Source: Podarcis bocagei (taxonomy: Eukaryota). From it: DNA of 64,000 nt. The position numbers were made by a program, and so were the translations under genes. The number at the start of each line of letters is the position of its first letter. Within the stretch, counting starts at the first letter, position 1. Shown one piece after another: positions 12,254 to 27,200 of the stretch. Location of the stretch: the NCBI GenBank assembly GCA_964188305.1, contig OZ076888.1. One strand, 5' to 3'. The notes below the pieces were generated by a model. It did not search any database. It worked only from the letters and a program-made list of their open reading frames with translations, and was not told the origin of the DNA.

Positions 12254-15200
12254 GTATGTAATATGTTTTATCTGAATATAAACATCTTTAAATAGATGTG
12301 TTTTCAGCTTTGTTTTTAAAGGAAGACATTTGGTAGTTCTACTCTGGTTAAATTTGCACAAAAATTCCTTTAATGTAGGAGAAAGAGGCTTATATTACAG
12401 GTAAGCAAAGCTGCACCATAGTGATGCAGCTGCAGTTGTTTCAAATAATAACCTACACAGTTTTGTTGAATGCTCTTTTTTGGTCCTTCCATTTTTAAAA
12501 CAAGCACTACCTACTTTGCTTATTATGGAGCTCTCTTAATTTGAGTGTTTAGTTCCTTTTCAATGAGTTTTAATAGTTTTTGCTATGATTCAAAAATAAC
12601 GGTGCTTCAAGAAAAGACACCAAACCACTTGATTAGCATTTTTAGAGTTGAAATGGAGTGCTGTATAAATTGGAATCTCATTTCTACTGAGCAGCATTTG
12701 TATTGTATCTTTTGACATAGAATCAAGATGTTGTGCTACAAGGGATAAAAGTAAAACGTAGATCAAACAAAGCTGTTTAGGAAGTCCATGACTGGGATCA
12801 AATAATATAACCTTGAGCAATGAAACAGGCCTGACAATACCTATGACACAAATGGCATAAGGCTTCATGTGAAGTCAACTAGACATGTGCTGGAGTGCAC
12901 CATTGCACGTGTTGTGTGTCGGTGAAGTTGCATGGACTACATTGGCTATCCTGATCCATATACTGCCATAACTGGTGAAAGGCACTGCTAGCCACAGAGT
13001 TCACTTGGACCTCTAATGACAAAGGTCTAAACTACATACCTGATTGTTCGGAGGGAGTGCAGTATCTTTAGGAGGTAAGAACCTACCCACAGAGCCTCTT
13101 TCTTACCAGGTTTCAAACTCAGTTTGTTGGCCCTTATCCAGTCAACCACTGCATTCAGGCATAGGTCCAGGACTTGCACATCCTTCCCTAATCATGATGT
13201 TAAGGAGTAGTAGTAGATGTAGATGTTAAATAGCACTGGGAACCAAATTGTGCCTTGCAGAATCACATAACACAAGTGCAGGAGGCCATAGAACAGTGTT
13301 GTCCCACTGTTACACTCTGAACTCACCCACACAGGTAGGAACAGTGCTGCTGTAATACATTGCCTCCCATACTGATCCTGAACAGTTGATGTAGGAAGAT
13401 ATGGTCAGTGGGGTCAAAAACCACTGAGAGATCAAGTAATCGTAACAGGGTTGCATTTTCGCTGTCCCTCTTTTGAGGGTGACAAAGACTGATTCAATCA
13501 TGAAACCAGGCCTGAACCCTGATTGAATTGATCTAGACATTCAATGTACTCAAACAACACTTGCCTGATGTACTTCATTTGATGGTAGAATTTGCATATT
13601 TAGTTGTTGAGTTCTATCTAGACCTTTTGCAAAAAACTTTTTTTCTCAGTGGATAAAAAATATATCTTTGATGTTATTTTTGAAGTTTGCATGAATAAAT
13701 GCATTCATATAGTTGAAAGGAATTTCAAGTCATTCATTCTAATCTTTGCCCTCTAGCTTATTTTGGGCAGATTTCATTCAGTTTCCTCACTGAAACCTCC
13801 AGAAAGAGTTGCCATAAGTTTCTTGGGCAAGGGACTCTGTTGCACAAGCATTAGTGTAAATGAATTTTCCTGTGATCCTTCCAAAAGGTGCTCTGCCATA
13901 ACTAGAACTCAGTTCTTTTCCTTCATTCGCTTCAGGAAATGCTTTTCCTTCTGCTACCTTTTCCACTATATTTTTCAGTGTCTATGTATAGACATTTTGA
14001 GGTTTATTCCTTTAGCTAAAACATTTGTTTAACTGAAATGGGGGTGTAGGGAAGTATTGGTTTACAGGTGCTAGAATTATTTTAGCTGTGTGGTTTTATT
14101 TACTGCTGCAGTGTTTGCTTAATTATTCACCTAAGCCCTTTTTTCCTTGTTCAGATTTGGCTTGAGCCTATGAAACCTATAATTAAACAAATACGAAGTA
14201 AGTATATATACTATTTCTATTAGTGTTTCTTTCTAGAATTCTAGCAACTTTTTGGTGCTATTCTTAACATGGCCACATTTGGAAGATTAAGGCAGGATAT
14301 CTATGAGCTGTGTGCACCCACATGCAGCCCCTTTGCTGCCTCTTTGTGCAAGCAGTGGAACCATCCAGTAAGCCAGAGTTAACTGTAGCTTCCTGTTAAG
14401 TCTGAACTGAGAACTATGGTTCATGTCTCCCAATAAGCCAGGATTTCGGAGCATACTTTTAACTGTGGTAAGGTGCATGCAGCTCATGCCTATGCTACTT
14501 TATTAAGCCGGAATTTGATTGCCTGACTTTCCACATCCTGGTACCCTCCAGACGTTTTGGGCTACAGCTCTCATCATTCCCAGCTATCATGGTCAATGGT
14601 GAAGATGATAGGAATTTTAGTCCAAGACATATGAAGGACACTATGTTGGGGAAGACCATTCTAGAGATTTGAAGCAAATGAAGATAATCTGTTTTGCATG
14701 ACACACAGGTTCACTTAATCAATGGAATTGGAGAACATTCATATGGAAAACACAAAAAATGAAGTTTTTTAAAGCAACTTTACAAAATTACATTCCCACT
14801 GGCTCATTCAGCAATTCAAATGCTTTGTTTTTAGAAGGTTTTGTTAATTAGTTTTATCCTGCTTTTCTGTTTGAATAATAAAATGACTTGTATCAAAAAT
14901 AAAAATACAACAAAAGTAAACAAAACATTTTAAAATGCTTTAATTAGCAGAGAATGCACCTATTCCACTGTTCCACAGATCAACATTTGTTTTCTGGGTG
15001 CAATTTCCTTAGAATTTGGATCACTTTAGGAGCTTCATGAGGTCCTATTTCAGTTTTTGATTATACCAACTTCCCACATTCATTCAGCCCATTTTACTGT
15101 TCTTTGGTGTTCTTGTATTATTTTTGCTCCCAGTTTTGCCATAATCCTTTTAACCCCTTTCCTTCCACCATTTAGTAGTTTTTAACAGCTACCTACCACT

Positions 15201-18200
15201 GGCACTTTAGCTAGTATAGGTTCCTCTCCTGTATTTCAGATCACTTGCTTAGGGTGCATATTACAACCATGTTTCAGAATTATGTTGGTATACTTGGTTG
15301 GTTCGGTTACTGTATTTAAGTTGAAATGTTCGTGATCCATTCAATAAATGCCTAATTCCTATTACCTCACTTTTGAGAGTTGGCAATTGGTATTCAAATC
15401 CAATGTTTCAACTATAAAGGTAAAAGTTAATAGAATGCATTGGTTTTATTTTAGGACCAAAGAATGCATTGCTTCGTCTAGCAGTAAAGTTCTTTCCTCC
15501 TGACCCTGGTCAGCTGCAAGAGGAGTACACCAGGTAAACAATGTGACACTATTAATTCCGCAGTAATTTACAATGGAAATAGGAAAGAAGGATTAATGAA
15601 TTATCTTTAAACTCAAAAGACCTGTGAATTCACTGTCAGAGTTGGTATGCGTGTGTAGCCTTGAATGACAGCAAGTTTTACATGATCTAATCAAGTGGCA
15701 GTGATGCGGCTTCAGCTGTGTGCAAAGAGGATATACTTGCCAAGGATGTGTTCAAAATGTCCATGTTTAAAAATTGTCTCAAGAGATAAAGAACTTGTTT
15801 GGCTGCTTGGTGCAGTGGTTTCAGGCTGTTATCCTGACCTGTGCATATTTACACGGGAGGAAAGCCCATTAAACACAACAGGACTACTTCTGAATAAACA
15901 TTTATAAGATTACACTGCTATGGTAGTTTACAAATTATGGGACTGGTTCTTCAGGGTAGCAAGTCATATTTCTGTTAGTTGCCTTTGGGTGTTATGAATT
16001 TCAGGATTGTTTATCTGATATTTCTCATTCTGCTCCCAACTGCTGTGCCATTTGGTTGTGTTCTCTTGTGTACATGCTTTGAGTTGAAAGTACATATGAA
16101 TGGTGTCTCCTTTGTTCTTAATGAGTCTCATTGAAGTCTTCCTCTTGCAGATCTACTCAACTCCAGCCCTTTCATACCTGTTTTTCTGCCATTTGTGTTT
16201 CCCATATTGTCTACTTCAACCCACCTACATACCTTTCCATCAGTGATTCTGTGCTTGTCAGTTTTTCTATTCAGCTGTGATTTTTGAGTTTCTGCTAAAA
16301 CTACTTGCTGCCGTTTTCTGTTGTTTGCACTCCTCCTTTCCTAAATGACTGCCGTTGATGGCTGCAGGGTATACTGGATATGTTGCTATATTTGAAAAAG
16401 TATCTATTTCATAGTTTATCCTAAGTCATAGGAAATGGGTGAGGATGCATGTTCTATCATGCTCTGTGGAGGATTGTACCTGAAGAAATACCGTAATAGC
16501 ATTACAAAAGTATTAAAATAGACTTTGAAAAACTTAAATATGTTGCTTAACTAGAAAGCTTTTTTTCGGGGGGGGGGTTCTTCAGGACATGAGTCAGTCA
16601 CAGGGAAGCTAGTAGGTAGAGAGGGTTGTGACAGTAGCAAGAGCTATAGCTGAACCTCACATTTGAACAAGTCTTAGCCACATTTGATACAAAGCCTGCC
16701 AGTCTTAGAGGTAGTGCAGTTGTATGTTGCTTGGTGACAGCATATATCTTGGCTAGCAACAGCTGGTGATCTGATGTGGTAGTAGTAAATGGCTGTCACT
16801 AAGCAGGTTGGCGGTATGAGGGCGGAGGAGACAATGCTATATTACTACTCTTAGTTATCACTCAGACATTTTCTTCAAAGTCAGCATTGTGCATATATGC
16901 AGCTACTAACTGGCCTGTAGTACTCCTGCATGGGCCATTTTTCATTTCCTGCTGCTAAACAACCAGTAAAATGGACAAAATATGATACTATTGATTTCCC
17001 CCCCCCTTTAGGTATCTATTTGCATTGCAAATCAAGAGAGATCTAGCTGAGGAACGCCTTACCTGCAACGACAATACAGCAGCACTCCTCATCTCTCACC
17101 TTCTGCAATGTTAGTATCTAATGTCACTTATATATTGAGCACACAGATGCAAAGAATCCATTCAACTTCTCTACAGTTTCCTTCCATCAGTAATTATTTT
17201 GCTTCTTTGTCATCCAGCAGTTACAACAGCTTCCCTGGTTAGTTTCCTGCTTCTGTTATAGTTGCTCCCAGAAGCCATTTTTGATTAACATAATTGATTT
17301 GCACTTGTGTTGCTCATTAACCATGCAAGCATCTACTTGGACTTTCTTGGGCTCTTTTGAATCTGATATAAATACCATTTACAAAGAGGGGGGAAATATA
17401 GGAGGCATACATTCTGTTTCAATATCTGTTATCATGCTTTCAGTAAGCCTTCATACATTCTGAATAATGTTCCCCTTTTCTGTCTTATCAGCTTGCTTTT
17501 AGAAGTTTAGTTTTTAAAAAAAGTTAAATGTGCCTATGTTGAACCTGCTTGGGAACTTTACTCATACATATGTTGATTCTGATAGCACAGGAACATTGAA
17601 TTTTCCCTTTTCCCGACACCCCTCCCCTCATGAAACAGATCCGTCTATTAGGTCTTACCAAAGTCCATTTTGTTAATCTGGTGGGTGCCAGTCATCAGGG
17701 TGATCATTTGAAAACTTTATAAAGGGGTACCAAATCTCGTCATTTGCATCCCATATATACTATTGAGAACCAATGGTTATTGTAAGAAGAAGATACCTTC
17801 AAGGATCCATTTGCTAACTTTATGGAACAATTGCAATAGTGAAGCAATATTTTCTTTCAAATATATTTTTCTCTTCTATCACAGCTGAGTTAGGAGATTT
17901 TGATGAATCTGGGGACCGAGAGCATCTTAAAAACAACTGGTACTTTCCAAACCAAGAAAGACTGCAAGGAAAAATACTTGAATTTCACAGGAAGCACATG
18001 TAAGTGTAAATGAATGTTTAATTTCTGGTATTCAACATAGCACTATTTGTTGCTGTTATTGATAACAAAATAAGCTTGTCTATATCTCTCATTAAACATA
18101 AGTTATTTCACCTATACCTTCGTAGTAATTCTAGAAGGAGAATTTGGCTAGGTGACCTGTTGGTCCTAAAAGCAAGAAAAGTTGTCTGTGGCATGAAATT

Positions 18201-21200
18201 TGACTCTTATAATTTACTTGCAGAGTGGTATAATATGCCCAAATTTGGGAAGAATCCATTGACAAATGTCAGGACTACAAATCTTTAAAAATGTTGCTTT
18301 TAGAGGTTCCACATTTCTGACCATGTTCATGCTCAGTGCAACAAACATCTTAAATTCTTTCTTTTGATTGCTTAGACAGTGACAAAATCAAGGAAAAGAC
18401 AGAAGTCTTCGCCTCACTTTTCTTTTGAAAACCTTGTTTCTAAGTTCTATTTTTAAAAAGTAATGTAAATGCGAGGTTGTCCAATACATACTCCATGGGG
18501 CTTTTGAGTACAGAAACAGAAAGGGGAAGTGCTAGCAAATCAGTACAGTATATGCTTGATTGGCAGGTAGACTTTCCAGGGTGGAGTCTTGTCCCAAAGG
18601 TGAAATATATCTCACTCCACTGGGTAGGTTTGCAGCAGAAGTTGTAAGTTAAGACTATAAGCTGGGCAGCTTTCCCTCAAAGTAGGAGTTTGGTGTTGGT
18701 CCATTGATTTTCAGTGGGTCTACTCAGAGAATGACTTAGAAGGATAGAATCGTTAGATTTATTTAATACTCTTCCTTATTGTACAGTATAGTCTATTAGA
18801 TGTGTGACTCTGAAACTGACCACATAATCATTTAATCTGCTCTTTTATTCTTACAATGGTATTTGAAGCTTTCTTGAATAGAAATGAAATTTAAGAAGAA
18901 CCGATTTCATGGGGTTTAAACATAATGTTTTCCTCAATGTTTTCTCCTTTAATAGGATATCATTTTGAATCAAGATGGTGGAATAAACCTTTCAAAATAG
19001 CACTGATTTTAAACACATGTTTCAAAACTGCACTGATTTTTTTGTTTCTTAGAATTCCCAAACAATGGGTATGAGGCTGCCACATTATCATAATGGTCAT
19101 TGAAAACAAACCCTAATCCAATTATCAGTGCAATTTAATGTATTTTGTTCTCTGTGCTTAACATAAAATATATTTTATTGTGGACACAGCTCAGCAAAAT
19201 TCTCTGTGTAAACAGGAGACTTCCAACTTAATGTTCCTCTTATAGTGCTAATGCAAAGGTTGAGCAATCAGAGGTGTGTGGCGTTCTCTGTGTGTTGATT
19301 CTTTCCTACAAACTGGATATTAAATCCCCCACAAGGCTAGGTTTCAAAACCATAAATGAGTCCTAACTAAGGGGAAAGTAACCCAGTGAGACAGCATTTG
19401 CAGCATATAATTAGTGTACATGTGAGGGGTTAACTACCTCTCCCTTCTACCAATTCTCTAAAAGTGTTCTCTACTCCATCACTATTTCACCTGCCATTGG
19501 CAAGTATATGATTGGAACTATGTTTTTCAATCTTGCTTGGGCCTTATGAATGCCAATGTAGTAATTATACTATGTTCACTTATGCAGTTTACAAATTAAT
19601 GTAAAGTTATTCAAGTTAAAAGCAGCAGAATTGGCCAATTAACAATGCCTAATGGCCTTTTCAAAGTACTGTGCAGTATCTTACCACATTTATGTCAGTT
19701 TGACCCTAATTTATTGGTGAATATTGCAGTAACGTTGAAATATTTATTGTCCATACAAGGTCAGAACTTTTTTTAAAAAAACAAAAAAATCCTAGAAACA
19801 ACTGCAGGAATATATTTATTGTTGAGAAAACTCTGTAAATTGGCTGTTCACTGGTTGTAGGATGGCTAAGCGGATTGATCTGCTTAGCAGATAACAAAAT
19901 TAGACCAGATTGTTTTCAGGCCAGTCTGTGAGGCTTAGTCGACTGAAAACATCTGAAGATAATTACTCACTGTGCTTTACCCTTGTAAACATTTGCTTGC
20001 ATAGGGTAAATCACTTGGCATAATTACCGGTTTTTCTCACTTCAGAAATAAAGTATCTTCTGTACGTGGAAAAGGTTATTTAAGAACGTTGATCAGTTTT
20101 TTTAGGCAAACATTTATTCAGGGAATTCTTCTGGTCACTAGAATAGCATAGAAATGTTGACCATTTTAATCTGTAATAAATATCTCTATAATCTGTGAGC
20201 ATGAGCCTGTGGCTTACATGCCCCCTTCTCCATTTTTGTGTGATGGAGGAGATACGAGGAGTAGAAGGCAACAAGCAATCTGTAACAGCCATGACTGTTG
20301 ATCCCCAAACAGGCAGAGGAACCACAGCTTGGGGGGACTGTTTGCATTTTCAGGACTGCTACTACCCAAGGTGTTAGTGAATTGACCTAGCATGTTGCAG
20401 AGGATCCTAACACCACTTGCACACAACTGTAGCACATCCACACTATACATTTAAAAAACAATCAGTGCACATTTAAAGCATATCATGTCCCCCAAAGAAT
20501 CCTGGGGATCAAAGTTTGCTAAAGGTGCTGGGAATTGTAGCTATGTGAGGGGGAAACTACAGTTCCCAGGATTCTTTGGATGAAATCATGCGCTTTGAAT
20601 GTGTGTTAGATATTCTTTAAATTCATAATGGGGATCTGCCCTTGTACTAGGATAATACAATCATTCTCATTCAGAAGGCAGACTTAAGCTCACCTGTTAA
20701 GGATTGACACCTATCAACTGCAGATAATGGGCGGGTGTGAGAACCACCAGGAGCCAGTTGTCTATATACAAAAAGACAGATGCTATTGTAGTGCATCTGT
20801 CTTGAACGTTGCAAAGCTGTTTGGTCCAATTGGGCTTGCCTGCTTACTGACTTGCTCTCATGTTTTCAAACAAAGAGAGATTAGATGTTGGCATATCTTT
20901 TACAAAATTATGGAATACGTAGCATTTTGCATTTAAAATTATGAAATACAGGGCATATTAAGGATACACTTGTTTTAAAGAATAATTAAATGTCTCTGAG
21001 TTTGATTATGACTTCAACTAGATTGCCATGTGTTCTTCCATTTGTAACATATTTTTATGCTAGTTGGTTTTTCTCTTTTGGTCTGGCACAGTAAACCTGA
21101 ATAACTCTGAAGCTTAGTGACTGCTTACTAATATGGATATAATCTCACTAAACTTGTTGAACTATATTAGAGTCTTTTTTCCTGTTTCATAGCTTTGGAT

Positions 21201-24200
21201 AGTGTTATAAGTAATTAATAATATTTTCAATTTTGGTAACACAGGGGCCAAACTCCAGCTGAATCAGATTTCCAGGTGCTTGAAATAGCTCGGAAGTTGG
21301 AGATGTATGGCATGAGATTTCATCTGGCATCTGACCGTGAGGGAACAAAAATTAATTTGGCTGTATCAAACATGGGCGTACTGGTATTCCAGGTAGGAAA
21401 GCAATATTTAACATGAGAAACTTTTTGTAGTTATGCAGACAGAAGACTTTAAACCCAGAGGATAGACCCATATGCCTGCTTTAGAGCATGTAGCAATTGA
21501 TTCTGAACGAATGGCTACATCCTTGCTATGACAGTCTTTGCAGTCCCAACAGACAATGTGATGTTTGCAAATGCCTTTGTGGCAGCAGCACTCTTTATTA
21601 AACCCAGATGGGATTAGTAGGGCACTATTGCAGCAGCTTCTTCTTTGAGACTAATGGGAGTGGTTGTAATATTGCCTTCATTATGCTGGCTTGGGCTGAT
21701 GGGAGTTGTAGTCCAAATGTAGTAGTAGTTGTAATAAATCTGTTACCCACCTTTCACCAGCAGGTCCTAGGGTGGGTTACAACAATTTAATTTTCAGAAT
21801 TAAAAACAGTTAAAACAGGTTGCAATCACAGGAATAGTGTGGATCCTGAAAATACATATCTCAAATGTCAAAGGCCAGAGTAGCAAGGTCAGGGAGGGCT
21901 GCTTTCAGAACTAGAGGTTCCTTTAACAGTCTTGTTGTTTTAAATTATCAGTTATCTGATCCAGACGATATGATTTAGATAGAAAAAAGGTTTGACAGTA
22001 TAAGTCTATAACTTATGTTCTGTTTAAATCCTCTGTATAATATACCTCAGTTATTTTATATTGAATTGAACACAGGGTAATACAAAAATCAATACTTTCA
22101 ACTGGTCCAAAGTCCGGAAAATAAGCTTCAAAAGAAAACGATTCCTTATCAAGCTTCATCCAGAAGTTCATGTAAGTACTTCCATTAGAATGTCATTTCT
22201 ACAGTTTCAAGCATGACTTAATTATGCAGTATTCAGTACTGTTAATGCCTGGATACAAGCTTCATAGGTAATAGCACTATGATAAAAGCATGTTAGTAAA
22301 ACCCATATTTGATTAAAGTCTGAATTCTGACTTGTCTTTCAAAGGAGCCCATGTGGGCATCTGCGGGGGGGGGGGGGAGTTTAAAAGGGGTCCTCACACT
22401 TGTAAAAGTTGGGAATCACTGATCTAGAGCATGTTCTCGAGACCTACATTGAACCATGATATTAAAAAAATATGCCCCTGGACCCTAGACTATGTATTTT
22501 GCCTATTTTTGAGAAAGGTGATCAGGATCTTATATGTAAACAGTTAATTGTATAATTTGTAGCCACTTGATTAGTTATTACACAGGGCTGGAAAGATGCT
22601 TCATGATGTACCCTAGATAACTGGTTCAAGAAAGTTAACGTTCATTGCCATCTCAAAAAAAAAAAGATGGGATATTTAAGCCATTGAGAGTGATGTTGAT
22701 CCTTCTGATTTCACCTCTGGAGGTTATTTATGGAGGGAGGTTATTGGGTTGTTCTTGTTTTTATTTTGATTATGTATTCTGTGTTTTTATATTGTGACAT
22801 TATCCTGTGAACTTCCCCGAGACCTGCGGGTATAGGAATTACTATTATTATTGACATCCCAGTCACATGGGTTGCAAATCCCTTTGAAATAAGATTTTAT
22901 TGGGTGGCTTCTATAGACAGGCAAGACCTTTTTCTTTAGTCCCGTTTCCTTCATTGTACAATGTAAGTGGTGTTTTTCTACCCCATTTACAATTTTATAA
23001 TCGAATCCATTATATTCACTCCTGATTTTTTCTTTTTCTTTTGACTTTATTATCAAAAGCTCCTTGTCTTGAATATATATTATTTGTTGTTATTTTTTGT
23101 TTTTCTCTTCACTTCTATCTATTTTTGTTGAATAAAGTTTTATTAAATATTTTCTCATTGTAACCTTAAATGAGTAGAGGTAGCATGATAAAGTCCCATT
23201 GTGTTTCATTTCTAGGGTCCATATCAAGACACTCTGGAGTTTCTTTTGGGAAGTAGAGATGAGTGCAAGAACTTCTGGAAAATATGTGTTGAATATCACA
23301 CTTTCTTCAGGCTGTTTGATCAGCCAAAACCAAAGTCAAAAGCAGTCTTTTTCAGCAGAGGGTCATCTTTCAGATACAGGTATGATATAACCCAGTTCAT
23401 TTTGATCCAAGAAAATGGAACCAAGAAAAACTTTGGAAGTAATTCCTTTTAAATTAAAGGTTTAGGATCTTTATTTCTTGAGTACAAGAAGCCCAGAATT
23501 TTATGTACTTTTCCTGGAGATTTTTTTGTAACATTCACATTTATTTCTTCACAGTGGGCGTACACAGAAACAATTGGTGGATTATGTTAAAGAAAGTGGG
23601 TTGAAAAAAATCCCATATGAAAGGTAACAAGCTCTTTTATATAAGCAAAGAGTCTTTAATGTTCTTATTTTGTATCTTCCTTAGTCTAGTCTACAATAAT
23701 GAAAGTCCTTTTTTCCTAGAGATTGTAAACTGTTAAAGTATTGTTGTTTTCTGGAGTTTTGTTAGCTTCAGAATTTGACATTTTTATATTCCAAATTTAA
23801 TTAATTAAAATGCTTAGATACTTGACATTGGGAATTATGTTGAGTAGGAAGGAGCTGTAATTGACAAACCATTTAACATGTTTCAAATTCAGAAAAGTGA
23901 TTTGATTGAATGGCATGAATATATGTTGGCTGAAATTTAACTTTCCTTCACATAGTGCCAACTGGAGACATGTAGTCTTTTTTTGTTCCAATGTTGTAAA
24001 CCATCTTGCATTTGTTCATTGTTATACTTACCGGATGGTATCCAGAGCTTCCCTTCTGCTGACAAAAAGCATCTGTCAGCAGAACAGGGAGGGAGGTGAT
24101 TTCTGGTCATTCTTCTTCCATGCTGCAGCCCCCTGCACACCCCAAAATTGGCTATTCAGAGTTTGGAGAGGTGTACCAGATCTTGAGCATCTGGACCACA

Positions 24201-27200
24201 TGAACAAACATTTTAAGCATTTTTTTGAATGTTAAAAATGTGTCCTATCCTGGATTTGTATTTTAGATATTTGTGTTGAAATTTGCAGAATATGGAAATA
24301 CATTTTTGCAGCTTTCCTCTTTCTCTAGTTAAAGTTATAATTTGCAGTCACTGTGTCTAACAGATACAATTATCCATGAATGACAAAATTCTGAGGCTCG
24401 TTGATTTATTACTATTAATCTTTATCACACCTAGCAGCCTTATGAAGTAGGTTATGCTTCAGGGATAGCTTCTTACTGAAGGCTCCCTGTTTGCTTTCTG
24501 TATATAGCTAATGACGTGATCAGGGTATCACAGCATATTCTTTCTTTACAGGAGGCATAGTAAAACTAGAATGTCTGCTCACACCTTGCATGCTGATACA
24601 CCCAAACAGGTTAGTCTTGATATTAACCTGTTTTGAATTATCAGAAAGATTATGAAACTCAGCCTTTTCATTCTAAATCGTGAATGACGTCTGCATTTAA
24701 AATTATATATATTTTCAATCATTGCTTTGTTCAGCCTTGTCCAATTCTGGTAGTAATGTTAAATATGTGTGTACTGTTGAATCAACTTCAGAATTTTTCA
24801 GCTTGTACAGGAAAACAATTTTTCCTGAGTGTTTGCCCGAGGAATTTTTAGCTTTTTTCTTTTGAATGGCAGAGCTCTGTGCCATATCGCAAACTGCATA
24901 TAAAACCTACTTGCAAAGGAAATTTGCTACATGGAATATATATGGGTGGGTGGGGGCGCCGTTCTAAAAGCATGAATCTTATTTTGGGCACATGGAACAG
25001 TGTAGTTCTTTGGATCCAGATCAATATTTGGTCCTAAATAATTCATATATCTTTATCAGCCAGGAGCTGTAGTTCATTATCGATATGATTTACCAGTGTA
25101 TAGAAAATAAATCTCCTTACTGTTGCAATAACAAAAACTTTTCTATGGATGCCATTTCAGAGTGTCAAGATTTCATGCATAATTACTGTTACAGTTAACA
25201 CAGTCATATAATGAATCAACTTTCTCTGGTCCCAAATCCAGAATTCTAAACCAACATAGTGCTCTCATGTAGACCTTAGGAGGAAGAGTTATCTATAAGA
25301 AACCCAGGGCCAGTTTTCTCCATTCACCTACTCCGAACATTATATCTGGAAAACATCATTAGTCATACTATGAAGAGTTCATTCATCCTCAATTTAATAT
25401 AATAAAGATACATCACCTCACAATAATTCCCTCTGCCATTTTATAAAGACCTAACAGGGCCACTTCTACATAAAAGAATAAAGGAATGAATGCAAAACAG
25501 ACATGAAAAATCTAGAGAAACCAGTGAGTGATCAATACAATCTGCCTATGTCTAATAGTCACATACTGCATGTATCCTTCCACCATATCTGAAGAAATAG
25601 GCTTTCAAAGCTCAAGACTCAATGAAATGGTTACCTTTAAAAAGTTGGCACAATATGCTTTTTTCTAAAATTAATACAAATCATGGATGACTGAACATTT
25701 GAGCCAGATTTAAAATGCCATAGATAGAGCAGAGGGCACTGATTCACCCACCTTTGTCATGTGGTAGTGTCTCTCACACTGAAAACGGGCAAGGATGAGT
25801 CCCACAGTCTTCACAGCCAAGTCATCTCGGTAAAATTCATGAACATAAACATGTTTATCTGTCAATTCAAGTGGACATGGTTAGATGTATCCTAAAACAG
25901 ATTGTCTAATAGCTTCCTCTCTTGTTTTTCTCCTCAGAGTGCCTCATTTACAGATGGATTAAGAACCTCTGGGCCTAATGCATGTACATATGCCTCCTTT
26001 CATTCGGATAATGCGTTAGCCACAAACATTGCCAGCTTGCCCACTTTCACAGAGAGCAAGCCTTTATTTTTGGAGCCCAGAATATCCCATACAAGGAGCT
26101 TGGCCGCAGAAGCAAATAGTGGGACATCAGAAGAAACTGGGAAGAAAGTGATACAGCAGCCTGGATCACCAGTACTCCAGTCATTCCAAGGTGTTGGGCT
26201 TTGTCATGTTGCAGAAAACTGCACCCCCACTTGTACTGATGTTGAGAGTAGCTGTGGTTTAGGTGTAGTAGTAGAAGGTAGGATTACTTGTAAAAATGAC
26301 AATTATGTGGATGACTTTACCACAGGTATGGCCATTGCTGCTAAACAGCATCTGCCTCAAGGTAGGGGTGCCTCACTTGTAAAACTGGTTAGCTCCCAGC
26401 TTCAGGTTTCAGAAGAGTTCATTGATGATGATCCAGCAGAAATGTCCTTTTTTGCTGGAGGTTCTGAAGCATTTTCCTATTTGTATGATGGTTTAGATTT
26501 GCAGGAGTCAGATCTAACTAATTGTCTCTCAGAGTCACCTGCTTTAACTAAAGAAATTCTGCAAAGAAATATGATGTCTTCTCAGTCAAGTCCTGATAGG
26601 TGCTCCATAGAAGCAGTAGATATGAACATGGACCATGAGTTTGAATTTGAAGGAGAGAGTGATTTTAATGGGAATGAACAGCCATCAGATACCTCGGAAT
26701 TGTTTGAAGTTAAAGCTCAGGCAAGCAGAATGCAAAGTCTTCTGAGTCCTTCTGAAACTAGTTCACTAATTAACAACCGTTCTGAAAGTAGTTCTCTCAA
26801 CAATTTGACATTAAATGGTATGCCATTTTTGCACACTTATAGCTCTGCTAATCACTCTGAAGCTAGTTCAATGGTGAATTTTCCAGCATATTCAGTTCGC
26901 TCTGAGTCAAGTTCAGCTTTTCAGTTCACTGACATTATTGACCAGTTGGAACAGCTGAGCTATCCACCTACCACTACAGAAGACTCTAGTAGCACTGATG
27001 ACTCATGGGATTCAGAAACTGCAGCCCCATTAGACATAAACCTCTTTTTCAACAACCCCTTTGCTGAGGCTACTAGAGAGAATTTCACTCTTGATTTTCA
27101 GAATAATCTTAAGAATCTCACCCAGGAAGATAAAACAGAAGACACACACACAAGCCATTAATATTTTGGTTGATATTACGTTAATTTATGCTTTCGGGAA

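Noticed and set aside
12379-12400. 22-nt microexon candidate ending at CAG|GTAAGC
   Set aside because: Frame-shifting with a poor pyrimidine tract; extending exon 3 to this donor hits TAG at 12293-12295.
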